A stretch of DNA of 64,000 bases from Utricularia gibba (GCA_002189035.1 NEEC01000002.1:6758881-6822880); one strand, 5' to 3'. Counted from the stretch's first letter, positions 13,731 through 26,328 are shown. Made by a program: numbers and translations. Notes: a model not told the origin generated them from the sequence alone.

Positions 13731-13902
13731 GCGGCCCATTAGTGGGGAAAATCCTAATTTGGGAAATACTTACTGGGCCCCACGATCCATGCTTGAGAGT
13801 AGAATACGCGGCCCATTAGTGGGGAAAATCCTAATTTGGGAAATACTTACCTAATTTGGGAAATACTTACTGGGCCACGATCCATGCTTGAGAGTAGAAT
13901 AC
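13731..13902 (+). repeat. Tandem duplication of a 77-bp unit upstream of eIF4A, with a nested 20-bp duplication in copy 2
   Basis: Copy 1 is 13731-13807 and copy 2 is 13808-13902. CTAATTTGGGAAATACTTAC occurs twice in a row at 13831-13870. Each copy carries GGCCCA and TGGGCC site-II motifs. Confidence 0.9.
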
Positions 13903-14696
13903 GGCGTCGTTCTCAATCAGACAGACAAGGGGTTGGTTGGTTACATCTGCACACCTCCTGGACAGAACGGAATACGAGTTCAATCCGAACTCCTGGCCAG
14001 CGCGGCGGATTCGTCTCTTGACACTTGGAGAACTTCCCGGCGTGGATTTGAGGATTCTCTACGAAGCTTCTTTGTTCGAATCTTCCGTCCTCGATTGATT
14101 ATTCAGACGCCATTTTCCCAAAAGATCTTCATCTGGATTTGGTTTCATATCAGGTTGTTGAAAAATCTGCCCTTTTCGTAAGTTTCTCTAGTTATCTGGT
14201 CGTGGGAAGGCTTGTGGTTTGATCGGATTGTGTAATGGGTTAGCTGTTGTGTTGTACGTGATTGGACTGTGGCTTTGATCGTCAGTTGCTTAGGAGTTTG
14301 TGTTTGTTCTCTCCATGGAGCTTTTGTTAACTGCTGATGTTCTTTTCCCATCAAGGATTTGTGTTTTTTGTTCTTTGTTTTAACATCACGGGCACAGCCA
14401 GAATTGATGGCAAAGTTGGTGTAGGACGCGAGATTCAGTTAGGTTTCCCATCTTTATGCAGCTGGTCGTTGGAGGAGGACTGTGTGAGATGTCGTTAGTG
14501 TTCTGTCTCAATAGTCGAGCCTTTGTTTTTTTTTATTTTTTATGGTGATTCTTTAATAATATTTTCTTATTAAGAAAAACCATGAAGGTAAGCGGCGGTG
14601 GAAGAATGGCAAGATATACATTTTTTCTTCTAGAAGTGGTTCGTCTTTTCGAGTCGCTTTATGCGTGTACTTATTGTGGATCATATGTTTGCAGTC

Positions 14697-16312
14697 ATGG
14701 CTGGAATGGCACCCGAAGGTTCTCAGTTTGATGCCCGTCAGTATGATGCCAAAATGAGCGATATGTAAGTTGCTGCCTGTTGAATTTTTATTCAACCCTA
14801 AGCGCATATTGGAAGTTGTCGTTTATTGATTGTTAGTTGGTCAGTTTTGTGTTTCTTTGATTGTTTTACTGCAGACTTGGCAATGATGCCAATGAAGCCA
14901 ATGAATTCTTCACAAGTTATGATGTGGTTCATGAGAGTTTCGATTCCATGGGGTTGTCAGAAAATCTTCTCAGGGGTATTTATGCCTATGGTATGCTGAT
15001 TACTTTTCTTGAATATATTGTTAACTTATGTGCTGTTTTTTTGTAAATTTTGGTAGCTATGGGGCTTTAGTTCTTATGTGGTTTGGATCTCTGGTTATTT
15101 ACATTTTAAGGTTTTGAGAAGCCCTCTGCAATTCAGCAGAGGGGGATCGTGCCCTTCTGCAAGGGTCTGGACGTGATTCAGCAAGCTCAATCTGGGACCG
15201 GGAAAACTGCAACTTTCTGCTCGGGAATTCTTCAGCAGCTTGACTATAATATAGTTGAGTGCCAGGCTCTGGTTCTAGCTCCTACTCGTGAGCTTGCTCA
15301 ACAAATTGAGAAAGTTATGAGGGCACTTGGTGATTATCTTGGAGTCAAGGTACATGCTTGTGTTGGAGGTACCAGTGTTCGTGAAGATCAGCGTATTCTT
15401 TCCAGTGGCGTTCATGTTGTAGTTGGTACGCCAGGCCGTGTGTTTGACATGCTAAGGCGCCAGTCCCTCCGCCCAGATTACATTAAAATATTTGTGTTGG
15501 ATGAGGCTGATGAGATGCTCTCTAGGGGGTTTAAGGATCAGGTATCTAACATAACTGCATAATACTTTTCGGCTTTGAGGATTCCTATTCCTATACCGAT
15601 TCCCATTGCTGTCCGTTTTGTTTGAATTTTTTCCAAGTAATACGGTACTGGGAAATGACGATTTTTTTTGCTTCAGATCTATGATATCTTCCAGTTGCTG
15701 CCGCCTAAGATCCAAGTGGGTGTATTCTCTGCCACAATGCCACCAGAAGCACTTGAAATCACAAGGAAGTTTATGAACAAGCCTGTGCGCATCCTGGTAA
15801 AACGTGATGAGCTCACCCTTGAGGGTATCAAGCAGTTCTATGTGAATGTTGATAAAGAGGATTATAAGTTGGATACCCTCTGTGATCTTTACGAGACCCT
15901 GGCCATCACTCAGAGCGTCATATTCGTCAACACCAGGCGCAAGGTGGACTGGCTTACGGACAAGATGCGTACACGAGACCACACAGTCTCTGCTACTCAT
16001 GGTGACATGGATCAAAACACCAGAGACATAATCATGAGAGAATTCAGATCTGGTTCATCCCGAGTTCTCATTACAACCGATCTTTTGGCCCGTGGCATTG
16101 ACGTTCAACAAGTCTCCCTTGTCATCAACTATGATCTGCCGACCCAGCCCGAGAACTATCTTCATCGTATTGGACGAAGTGGACGGTTTGGGAGGAAAGG
16201 TGTGGCCATAAACTTTGTCACCACAGATGATGAACGCATGCTTTTCGACATCCAAAGGTTCTATAACGTTGTCATTGAGGAGCTTCCGGCCAACGTTGCT
16301 GAGCTTCTGTGA
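14697..16312 (+). CDS. EIF4A: Eukaryotic translation initiation factor 4A (DEAD-box RNA helicase), 4 coding exons; probable 5'-UTR intron ~14178-14694
   Basis: [20 protein letters not shown] start, then [25 protein letters not shown] (Q motif), [21 protein letters not shown] and [13 protein letters not shown]; TGA at 16310-16312. Confidence 0.98.
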
Positions 16313-17458
16313 TGTGGGCCATGTTCAAGGTAATATGATGCTTCTTGTGGCCTGTTTTCTTCTGGGTTTTTTAGCTTCTCTTGCAGTGGAGCTTTTGTGA
16401 TGCATGATGATGAGCCCCTTTGCCAGGGAATCCAATTTGCCTTTCCACTGCCGCTTATAAGAACTCTGCTTGCTGTGGTTTTCGTTTCATTGTAAGAAAT
16501 AACTGACTTGTCTTGTGTGGGCTGAAGACTTGAGACCGAGTCTCTGTATTGAACGCTTTATGAGTATATATATATGAATCTTGAGGTTTGCACAGTTTCT
16601 TGCCAATTAATATTTATGGTAAAAGTTTGTAAGGAAACATAATAAAATATGCAACCAAGTTGTTCCAAGAATGACTTTTCCTCAAAAAAAATCTCAGCAA
16701 GAAGAGATTTTTTTGTTTCAAAAAGAGCTTGACTGCATGAAAAGTCAAATTCGTTAACAGTTTGGGGATCAAGAAAATCTGAAAACCATCTCATGTTGAA
16801 TGAGGGCTGTTTCGTGTATCAAAAGGAGTAAGATTTTTTGAAAAAGAAAAAGCTTGAGTGCTCCGTATTCCCTTTCTGATATCGCGAACTGAAGCGGGCC
16901 AGGCCGGAATCATCGGGGAAAGAGGGGAGGCGAAAAATATTGCGCACCCCACGAAAATCTCCCACAACACGCCCCTTCATACATTCATTCCCTCAAGGGA
17001 GATCGGTTTTCAGAAGAAAAGGAAGGTTCTTGGAGGCTCTGCCATCTGGGCAACATTTGATTTGCGAGATCTCAGTGAATTTATTTATTTGGGATTCGTG
17101 TTGTTGAGAAAGTTTGGTGCTTTGGGTTTGATTTTCGTTTGTGGGTTACTGTGTTTTGGGTTGCAAGGGAAGGGTGGCTGGTTCGTCTCCAATACTTGTT
17201 GATATTTGATGAGCCTTGTTCTTGTTGAAGGATCGCCGCTTGTGAACATAGATCCTGTTCCCAGGCCCTCAGTCCTTCCTCTTGAACAGAAAAAGTTTCG
17301 CTTCTCTATCCCGAGACACAGATGGGATAGGGAGTTTTATCAGCTGCAAGGTGGATTTGGATTCGACAGTAGAATACACATTCCTGTATATTCTCATATT
17401 TGGCTGCAATTGAAGAAATAATTGGTCTTCTTTTGAACTATTCTGGAGATATTCTACA

Positions 17459-19031
17459 ATGGTTTCTTCACAAGGACCTACCTTGTCTCCACAAGTTACT
17501 GGTTTTGCAGATAGATCTTCTGCTCATACAGAGATCAAGTATTTAGACAGAATCCCCGTCTTTGTTAAGGAGTTGATCGCCGGCGGTACGGCTGGCGCTA
17601 TCGCAAAAACTGCAGTTGCTCCTTTAGAAAGAGTCAAAATACTTTTGCAGGTGAGCTTGAAACAGAGGCAAAATAAAATCCATGGAAATATTTGATGGTG
17701 GCTCAGTTTTGTTATCCAATTGATGCCTAATTTCGCTTACTTTTTTCTCATTTGATTGTCTATGAGCATCTAAATCCACACCTTGCTGCTTTTTCCAGAC
17801 AAGGACAAAAGGGTATCATTCTCTTGGAGTCTGCTCATCACTCCAGAAGCTTCTGAACAGTGAGGGGATTGCAGGATTTTACAAGTAAACCTTCAACCAA
17901 ACTTTCATCCAAGCTCTTGTTTGTTTCACCATCCATAGCAATATCTCCTGTTTTTGTTAATGATCCAGAGGGAATGGAGCCAGTGTGCTTCGCATCGTCC
18001 CCTATGCCGCATTGCATTTCATGACTTATGAACATTACCGTGTATGGATTCTGGATAACTGCTCAGCATTAGGAACTGGTCCGATTGTAGATCTTCTAGC
18101 GGGTTCTGCTGCTGGTGGCACAGCAGTTCTGTGTACATATCCATTGGACTTGGCACGCACCAAACTCGCTTACCAGGTGATCACACTCCTTCCATGCTCT
18201 GTTTTCTTGCACTGAACCTGATGAAGATGACGGATCCCCCTTTTCCGACCACCCTTTCAGGTTGTAGACACTACAGGGGCGATCAACAATGGGGCAAGGC
18301 AGACAACTGCCCGTCCTAATTACAGTGGAGTTGGGAATGTGATTGAACGCGTGTACAGAGATGGTGGATTCCGAGGGCTTTATAGAGGCATAGGTAAGAA
18401 ACCACACATATCTCTAAATCTGTTTCCTGTGATCCGAGGATCTCACGCTTCCCGCAGGCCCGACGCTCATCGGAATCCTCCCGTACGCCGGACTGAAGTT
18501 CTACGTGTACGAGGAGCTCAAAATGCATGTCCCGGAAGACTATCAGAAGTCCATCTCTATGAGACTCTCCTGTGGAGCTCTGGCCGGCTTATTCGGGCAG
18601 ACGTTAACTTACCCCTTGGACGTGATCAGACGGCAGATGCAGGTGCTGTACATGGTTTGTCGTTCAGAGTAACGATGGAGATTTCGCTTACATGCAGCGC
18701 CGTCTCTGTTCAGGTGGAACAGCAGCAACTGGCCTCCTGTGGAGAGCGTGCCGGCCACAGAAACACGGTGGATGGGCTTCTCTTCATCGTTCGGAATCAA
18801 GGGTGGAGGCAACTCTTCGCCGGCCTGAGTATCAATTACATCAAGGTATAGTAAACGGCCGGCGGGCTATATCCGAATATATAGTGATCTCGTATCTGAA
18901 TCATTTTCCGTAAACTCCGTCATTCGGGATAGGTTGTTCCGTCCGTGGCGATCGGATTCACCGTCTACGATTCGATGAAGATATGGCTCGACGTTCCGGC
19001 TCGCCATAAGCAGAACTCGAGCTCTGTGTAG
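17459..19031 (+). CDS. COAC1: Mitochondrial carrier, coenzyme A transporter (CoAc1-like), 7 coding exons
   Basis: Spliced product contains [92 protein letters not shown] and [20 protein letters not shown]; TAG at 19029-19031. The subfamily assignment is from recalled similarity to the plant CoA carriers. Confidence 0.88.
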
Positions 19032-19900
19032 TAGCATCGAATCGACTCTCAGGGCGGCCGGAAGAAGCTCCGTGCGTGCATGCGCTTTCTTAACGTTTAT
19101 GGGTGAAGGCTTTTTTTTTTTTTTGGATTTTAGTTGCAATTAAATTCTATTTAATTTTAGAAAGTTAAAATATCCTAATTCGAAATTTTAGAACGTTCTA
19201 GATGTAAATTTTATCAGTTTACTGTTATTATTCTTATATCTTTAAATTATAATTTAAAAATCGATGGGCTATAAATTGGCCCCTAAAGACCCATGGTGGC
19301 GTCAACACCGGGAGCGGAGCTGCGATAGGAACGATGCGACCGAGGCGCGGATCCGCCGCCGTATATCGGAATGTCAGGTGCAGCCGTTCATCTTGTTGCA
19401 TGTCCCGACAGCTTCTCTCCGACGTACTCGCGGCGCTCAATTCCGCCTCGGCGGCGCGTTTGTCGCGTGCCTGAACTTGTGCAAGTCGGTGCTCTGCCTA
19501 GCGAACTCTCAATTCAGAATAGGGTTCTGAATCAATCAACCCGATCCACCAAATGGGGTAAGCCGTTCTCGGGATCAACTAGTGGGTGCATTCCTTGCCA
19601 AGATTCTGCAGTGCAGAATATACATGAAATCTAGAAACCATGACAAAGCAGGGGCAGTTTGGCAGATTATCTTTGTGTTGCAGAGTGCCATTACAGCGAA
19701 AATTTACTACAGAAACAAAACAAAAGCTGTAATGGCTATGGTGGTATTCGCCTCCGCGTTATTGTGTCGATAGCAGCAGCCCTAAACCATTCTCACTCCC
19801 TACTGTTACTTTCAGGTACAAAGAATGCAGCGCTGCAGCATCAGAGTCCCTTCTGGCTTCTGGCTCCAGCTTCGATTCACCGCCGGATCGGAAACGCCCT

Positions 19901-21340
19901 TCAGGTCGGATGCGGATCCGGATCCTTCACCTCAGTGTTGAAAACGAAGCTCGGAAATCTCGCCGTTACGTCGCTGAGGCACCCAAACCCACCATTGGCT
20001 CAGCGCAACAAATGCAATGGACAAGCAGATTCTGAAAGTAAGTAGCAGGCATACCGTAAATAAGGCAGAGTCATGTGGTTCAGAAGAGAGGGATACTGCT
20101 TGACGAATGCCTTCCAGTCTTCTTTGTTGATTTTGCCATCCTTGTCAGCATCTGCTTCCAGAAACGTCTGATCCAAAAGAATGGCAGTTTGAAGTAAGCA
20201 CAAGCACATTCAGGGAGAAGAAGTTCGAGCTTGTTCTATGTAACAGAGCAAGCCTTTTTCATGTTTTGAACATGCCTTGTTGGTTACATGCTGAAGAACT
20301 TCATCGGATATATCCAAATTGGACTCTTTCAGAATAGCAGCAACCATCTGCTCCACCTGAATGAAGCAGAAAAAAGCCAACTTTCCTTCAGAATACTTCT
20401 GGGTAGACATGAAAATAGTAGTTGCTCACCTCCTCTCGTTCAATGAATCCCGTCTGTCTGAGATCATAGAGTTTGAAGGAAACTGCAGAAGAGCAGAAGC
20501 ATTAGAGCGCAGAGATGATGATGAGTTCAACCTTCTTCTTCATTTCTTACAGTCTAGCTTTAGATCCGGGGAGGCTCGGGGATGGAATACGTTGAGGGAT
20601 CGAATAAATTCCTCGAAATCGATAACCCCATTTCTTTTTTGATCAAAGAGATCAAACACCTGCGGTAAAAACGAACCAGGATCAGACAATGAAAGCAATT
20701 GTGTCAGGGATGCAAGCAAGTACCCGATCTAGGAAAAGGTTTTCCCCAAGTGGCGTCTTGAACAAGGCTAGGCGAAGCTCTTCCTGCACATCACAACACA
20801 GAAACATGACGAAGAGGAACAGATACCAAATCAGCAATACATGTGGGGAATCACGGTCACCCACCTTATGGATGGAACCGTCATCAATGATCGAACGGCT
20901 CAGCTTCTTAAACAGCTCATTCAGCGCCTCCACTTCATTTACCGTAACTGCAATCAAGATTAGAGCTTTAACAAACATAAAGAAGAAGAAGAAGAAGAAC
21001 CCGCAAGGGATCCATAAACCGAAATAAGCCATTTCCCAACTCCGTACATTCAGTTTCTTCAGAGAGACGCTCGATATCCCTGAACCCAAATCGCGGCTTC
21101 TGGGCGGCCCTCGACGGCTTGGGTTCGCAGAATCGGGCTAAGGCGTAAACCACGGCATCGACCACGAGAATCACCGGAAAAAACGCCCCACAAATCTTCT
21201 CCCCCAGACTCAGCGAACTCGATGCCTGTTTGTCTCCCCCAAAACAGAACGAATCAAACCCCACCCACCAAAAAAAAGGATCAAAATCAGCAAATGAACG
21301 AATCTGCACGTACCAAAGAGCCACCCCAGCTGGAATCCAT
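19901..21340 (-). CDS. CBL10: Calcineurin B-like calcium sensor with N-terminal membrane segment (CBL10/SCaBP8 type), 9 coding exons including one probable GC-AG intron
   Basis: ATG at 21340 ([35 protein letters not shown]), then [72 protein letters not shown] and the [10 protein letters not shown] motif; TGA at 19903-19901. Confidence 0.93.
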
Positions 21341-23005
21341 GAAGCCGCCGTGGAGGTGCGAGCCGCCTAACTTCACGATTTGCCTGAAATTGAATAATCA
21401 TTTTGGAATTTCTGTAAAATATTAATATTCATTTTTTAAAATTCTTAAATCAGTAAAATACAAAAATAGTAAAGGTTCAAATTCACCATCATTTACAAAT
21501 ATACTATTTAAAATATTAAAATAAAAAAATGAACTTTTTTTGTAAATAACTTTCAATAAACACGTAACTTTCCCACACGATCTCATTTCAATTCCATATT
21601 ATTCCTCCATCCTTTTCCTTTCCCTCTGCTTTCAAAACAAAACTAGACAAGACAAATTCAAGTTGTATATCGATAAGAAAAAAATGTATTCAGTTTAAAT
21701 CATTTTAAAATATAAAAAAATAAATTATAATTCAATCACGTTTTAATTACAATCGGATCATGATCACGATACATAATTTATTTATATGAGAATCCACTTT
21801 TGCAGTTGAGGGGAAGGATCCGCATGAAAAATATTTATTTATTTTTATTTTTGTGAATTAATTTTTTTAATTTATTGTCCCCAGGTTCAATGGATCCTAT
21901 TATGTGTGGGCCCCATCCCAACCTGGTTTTGAAGACCGCGTTGCGTGTGAGTCACATTTTGATGACGTAAGAAACCAATCATTTATAAGGTGTGGGGTCC
22001 GCACGCGCTTGGCGAACCGGTGGGGCCCTTTCACTCGTCTTATCCCCTTGACGAAAATTCAAATCAACATACTTCCGGCGGCCCAGCTGGGGACGGGCTG
22101 GACGGAAATGTGAAGCCCATTTGATTATTGGGCTTTGGGTCGGAGCAGTCGGGATACATAACGCCGGTAGCCTTTCGCCGGTGCGGGCATCACGGCGGCC
22201 GGCGGTGAAAATGAATGTTATTTTAGTAACATTCAATTCGGGTATAGATTCGATTAAATTTTAATTTATAATTAAATTAAAAAATTGAATTAAATAATAT
22301 TTTTTTATTTTTTCAAATATTATAATATATAATTAAAAATTATCCAAATCTTAACTCTGTTTTAAAGGACTACTGGTTATAGATTCATGGAAAAAAAAAT
22401 GTGATGCGCAAATTTCGAGAATTGAAATGGCGAGTTGGCGACAAGGAGAGGGAGCCAATGCCCAATAGTGAGGTGCCCTAGGCCACCGTATTGATTGACT
22501 AGCCAATCGCCTGGCTGGGTTTCGCCGTCGAAGCGGCGCCGCTGGCGAACCTCTACGTCGCCATTGTCGTTGTCGGTTAATCTGCAACCGAGAATCTGGT
22601 AATCGCCGTGCGTTTTTTTTTTCTTTCTTTTGCGGGCAAGTGAAATGGTCCTCGTCTGAGAATCCATTAGGCAGGCGTGGCTTTGAATATTCGTTTGCTT
22701 CAGAGGGAGGTCATGTCTGCTTTTAAAGTTGAAAAGAAAATTATCTGGGATAATTGGGGCGCTACATGTTTGTTGTGCCGTTTTTTTTATTTGGTGAGCT
22801 TTGTGTTGTTGTTTGTGGGAAACCTTGTTTTGTTACAATTCGTGGGTGGTGTATAAGCGTAACACTGTTGAATTTTATGCTAATCTCCTGTTTTCGTTGC
22901 TGCTTGACTAACTTCTGGTTTCTAAATGGGTGTCTCGGAAGTTCTAAACTACGTTGTTGAATCGCTTATTTCTAATATAGGTTGAGTATTTCATGAGGCT
23001 TTAGT

Positions 23006-24130
23006 ATGGAACCAAGATCAAGAGAGGCAACAAGGCCACGAAATCAGCAAGGTGAAGTCCCAAATTGGATCTTTATTGCAGGCAGTGCTCTGCTGAGTGC
23101 TTTGTCAATTCGCCTGGGTTATAAGCTCAAGCAGGTTTTTGATGCTAAAGAAAAGGGAATAGTAGCGAAAATTCGAAAGGTGTGCAAATTGATTCTTGTG
23201 GTTTACTTCGGAGCTAGTATCGGTAGTATTTGAAAGCGGTTCACATTGCAGTAAATAGGAAAGCTCCTGACGGTAAGACGCCAGGGAACAGCAATGTGCA
23301 CTCAAATACCTTTTCTTTTAGACGAAACGAAGATGGTTACTTCACCTGTTGCAATGGTATGTCCTCCAATACATGAGTTTCAAAGTCTTTATTCTGGTTA
23401 CCATTGTCTTTTAGCTGTCTTCCGCATTAAGAAGGTCGCAGGAATGTAGCAGAAGTAGCAGAAATGGCTCTTCCCCTTGTGACTCTTCCCACTTCTGAGT
23501 TCAGTAGAGACGGTGTTATGTTTTCCTCTTCTCCTGATCGCCTGGAGCCCCCCAGAAACCCTTCAACCAGTCAAATTGCTCAGATTCTGTCTCCGAATCA
23601 GGTTCTGATATTTTCACCAGACGGGAAGTCATTCAAAAGCTGAGGCAGCAGTTGAAGCGACGAGATGATATGATACTAGAGATGCAGGATCAAATTGCAC
23701 AACTTCAAAACACTCTGACTACAGAGATTGCAAACTCATCCCATCTCCAGTCTCTGGTGGATGCCGCAAACAGGGACTTGTTCAACTCAGAAAGTGAGGT
23801 TCAGAAGCTACGAAAGGCGATAGCAGACCACTGTGTTGGTCACACAAACCCTGGTGGCAGCCCCAGCACGGTTCTCCCTGGGCTTTAGAGCAGATAAACG
23901 GTCACCATGCCAATGGCTACACTGATGCGGAGAGCAATTTTGGCTCATCGCAGAGAGTTAAAGAAATGGAAAGGGTTGAGATGTTGAAGAGGGAAGTCAG
24001 AGAATTGAAGGATTTGATTGAAGGAAAAGACTACTTGCTACAAAGCTACAAGGAGCAGAAGTCCGAGCTCTCCATGAAGATCAAAGAGTTGCAGCAGAGA
24101 TTGGATTCCCAACTCCCAAACATCTTGTAG
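23006..24130 (+). CDS. Uncharacterised plant protein: N-terminal hydrophobic segment plus C-terminal coiled coil; 3 coding exons, three apparent -1 homopolymer frameshifts
   Basis: NWIFIAGSALLSALSIRLGYKLKQ (TM-like), SPDRLEPP/QKPFNQSNCSDSVSESGSDIFTRREVIQKLRQQLKRRDDMILEMQDQI, and a heptad-rich C-terminus ...KIKELQQRLDSQLPNIL*. A continuous frame needs +1 base at each of 23155-57 (GGG), 23548-53 (C6) and 23876-78 (CCC). Confidence 0.8.
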
Positions 24131-24625
24131 CTACATTTCTGCTCCTTGTGCATTCTTGCTCGGTTTTCCTTCTACTGCTGGTTCCTTTTCCCCTCTTACT
24201 AAACGGTAAGGTCTGCATCTTGGAAGCCTTTTACCTTCCTCCAAGCTGTTTGCGTTTTCCTTGTGTATATGCAGAAGGTGGAGTCACACTTCATCACTTT
24301 GTTTTTTTTTTTTTAATTTCGATTTGTGTTTTCGTGCCCTAGATTTCAATTATCCCCAAATTGGATATTTGGCTTCAAGTGAATGAATTTTGATTTATTT
24401 TATTTTTAAATGATATATTTGATTAAAAATTTATTTAATTAGGATTTTCAATAATATATTTATTGGATGAGGATGAAGAGGTGCAAATGTCGGGTTCGGA
24501 CACGTTGTGGGATACGGGGCCCGCCGCCTCTGTTGGGTATTTATACGATAACCCAGGGGCGCTTGTACGAATCGTCTTGATTGTGGATCGAAATAGAACT
24601 GTGGGTATAATTTTTGTCATTTGAA

Positions 24626-25530
24626 ATGGAGAACCTGTTCGGAAATCGGCAGAAATCTTTCTTGGTGGCTTCGCCGATTGAGGATGAGAAGATTGCACGA
24701 TCGAAGAGCGTTACCGAAGGTCGATTACCTCCTCTCTTGTGTATTTTTTTGGACAATTTCCGTGTGTCGTTGGCTAGATTACCATCTGTTTGCAATTGGT
24801 CGGCGCAGAAAGTGTACGTGCCGGTGCTAAAGCAGCTGCTATCGCGTTCGTGGCCAGCGCGATACCCACTGTAAGTGAACTGAGTTTCAACGGGAACCCC
24901 AATGTGTCCAGATTCATCAATTGCCAGTGGAGTTCATTCCGATTTTTCGATTCCTGGTTGTGATTTTTTCCTTAGTGATTAGAATCTTCGGAATATTTGC
25001 TAGACATTGAATCGCTATCTTATTCTCGAATGGAACTATTGCATTGTGGAATGGAAGCAGTCTCTCATTCTATGTTGGTTTCCCGAAGCACTTGAAACTG
25101 TCCCCCGAAGTTGTCCATATGCTGTTTCCCATTCCTTCCGAGTAACATTACCCCGGAATGCTTTCTATGAACTTTGTTTGTTCATGTTATTGAAATTTTA
25201 CCCAGACGCTGATTACAGGGTGCTACTGTTTTCTTGATAAAACCAAAAGGCAATGGAAATTCTCATCATGCACCATTATGCTTAACTTCTCAGGTGATCG
25301 TAGCTAGAAAGGTCCCTTGGGCGAAGGCACATCTCAACTATACAGCACAGGCGATGATCGTATCGGCTGGTATGTGGTCTCTCATTCATATTATGCTTTT
25401 GAACCTTCCTTCTCTAACTGGTCTCCTGATCGAATAAACAGCATCCATAGCTGCATACTTCATTGCTGCGGACAAAACCATCATGGCTTTTGCAAAGAAG
25501 AATGCGCATACAGGTCAGATTAACAAATAG
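24626..25530 (+). CDS. ENOD93: Early nodulin-93 family small mitochondrial membrane protein, 4 coding exons (not captured as one ORF by the track)
   Basis: Spliced: MENLFGNRQKSFLVASPIEDEKIARSKSVTE/ESVRAGAKAAAIAFVASAIPT/VIVARKVPWAKAHLNYTAQAMIVSA/ASIAAYFIAADKTIMAFAKKNAHTGQINK*. PWAKAxLNxTAQAxI and YFIxADKT are family hallmarks. All introns are GT-AG. Confidence 0.9.
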
Positions 25531-26328
25531 TTGCTCTGGTGTTGGAACCCCATCCCCGGTCATCTGCTTAAATGGGGGGAAGCGATTCTAGTTTTCTGTT
25601 CTTGAAGCATCTGAAGCAGGCATCAACTTTTTAGCCTGAATGGAGATTTCTTACCAAGAACCCTCCTTGTTACGAGCTATGTTTTGCCCATTTTCCTAAA
25701 TAACAACACTCTTCCAGTTCTTCAATTCCACAGCTTTATCGTGTCTGCGTTTTAGTCTGTACTCTATTCCTCCACCGAGAAAATGACCTTAAAAAACTTG
25801 AATATTTAACATTTTGGTAAAATAATTTCTTATTTTAAACATAAATTACGTCTTCAAATCAATTCAAATTTTTGCGTATCAAACATAATTAATTTCTAAA
25901 ATTTAACGTACAAGCCATAAGGTATAATTAATTTTTAAAGTTATATATTTTAGATGGTTTTTATTTTTTATTATTTAAAAATCAAATATAATTAGAGTTT
26001 TTTACTATTTAAAAAATCGTTATAGTTGATTGGGAGTTAATTTTATTAAATTTTTTAATAATTAATAGTTATTAATATTAAATTATTAAGAATAAATTTT
26101 ATAAATAATATGAATCACTTTTATTATCGTTATAAAACAATGAATATTAATTATTTAAATTTTTAAATAATTATATAATATTAAATAGTCAGAAGTATTT
26201 TTTTTGTAAGATATATTTATTTGAATATTATTTTGGTGTGAAAACACTTATTATTGAGTGCGAAAGAGGCACACGAGAACATTGATTCGCATGAGCAATG
26301 AATCTGGTCGGCGTCGGCGTCGGCGCGG

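Noticed and set aside
13960-14000. tRNA-like T-arm/B-box (GAGTTCAATCCGAACTC)
   Set aside because: It is only a 6-bp hairpin; no cloverleaf, A-box or acceptor stem can be built.
16400-16510. C/D-box snoRNA (ATGATGA ... CTGA)
   Set aside because: It lies in the eIF4A 3' UTR, with no terminal stem or recognisable rRNA-antisense guide. The boxes are short enough to occur by chance.
8365-23885. Programmed ribosomal frameshifting or RNA editing in two nuclear genes
   Set aside because: All four sites are single-base losses in G/C runs with no slippery-heptamer or pseudoknot context, so sequencing error is far more parsimonious.
7858-25530. Functional cluster of mitochondrial genes (two carriers plus ENOD93)
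   Set aside because: They are interspersed with unrelated genes (COG8, eIF4A, CBL10), belong to different subfamilies and share no evident regulatory signature; probably chance.
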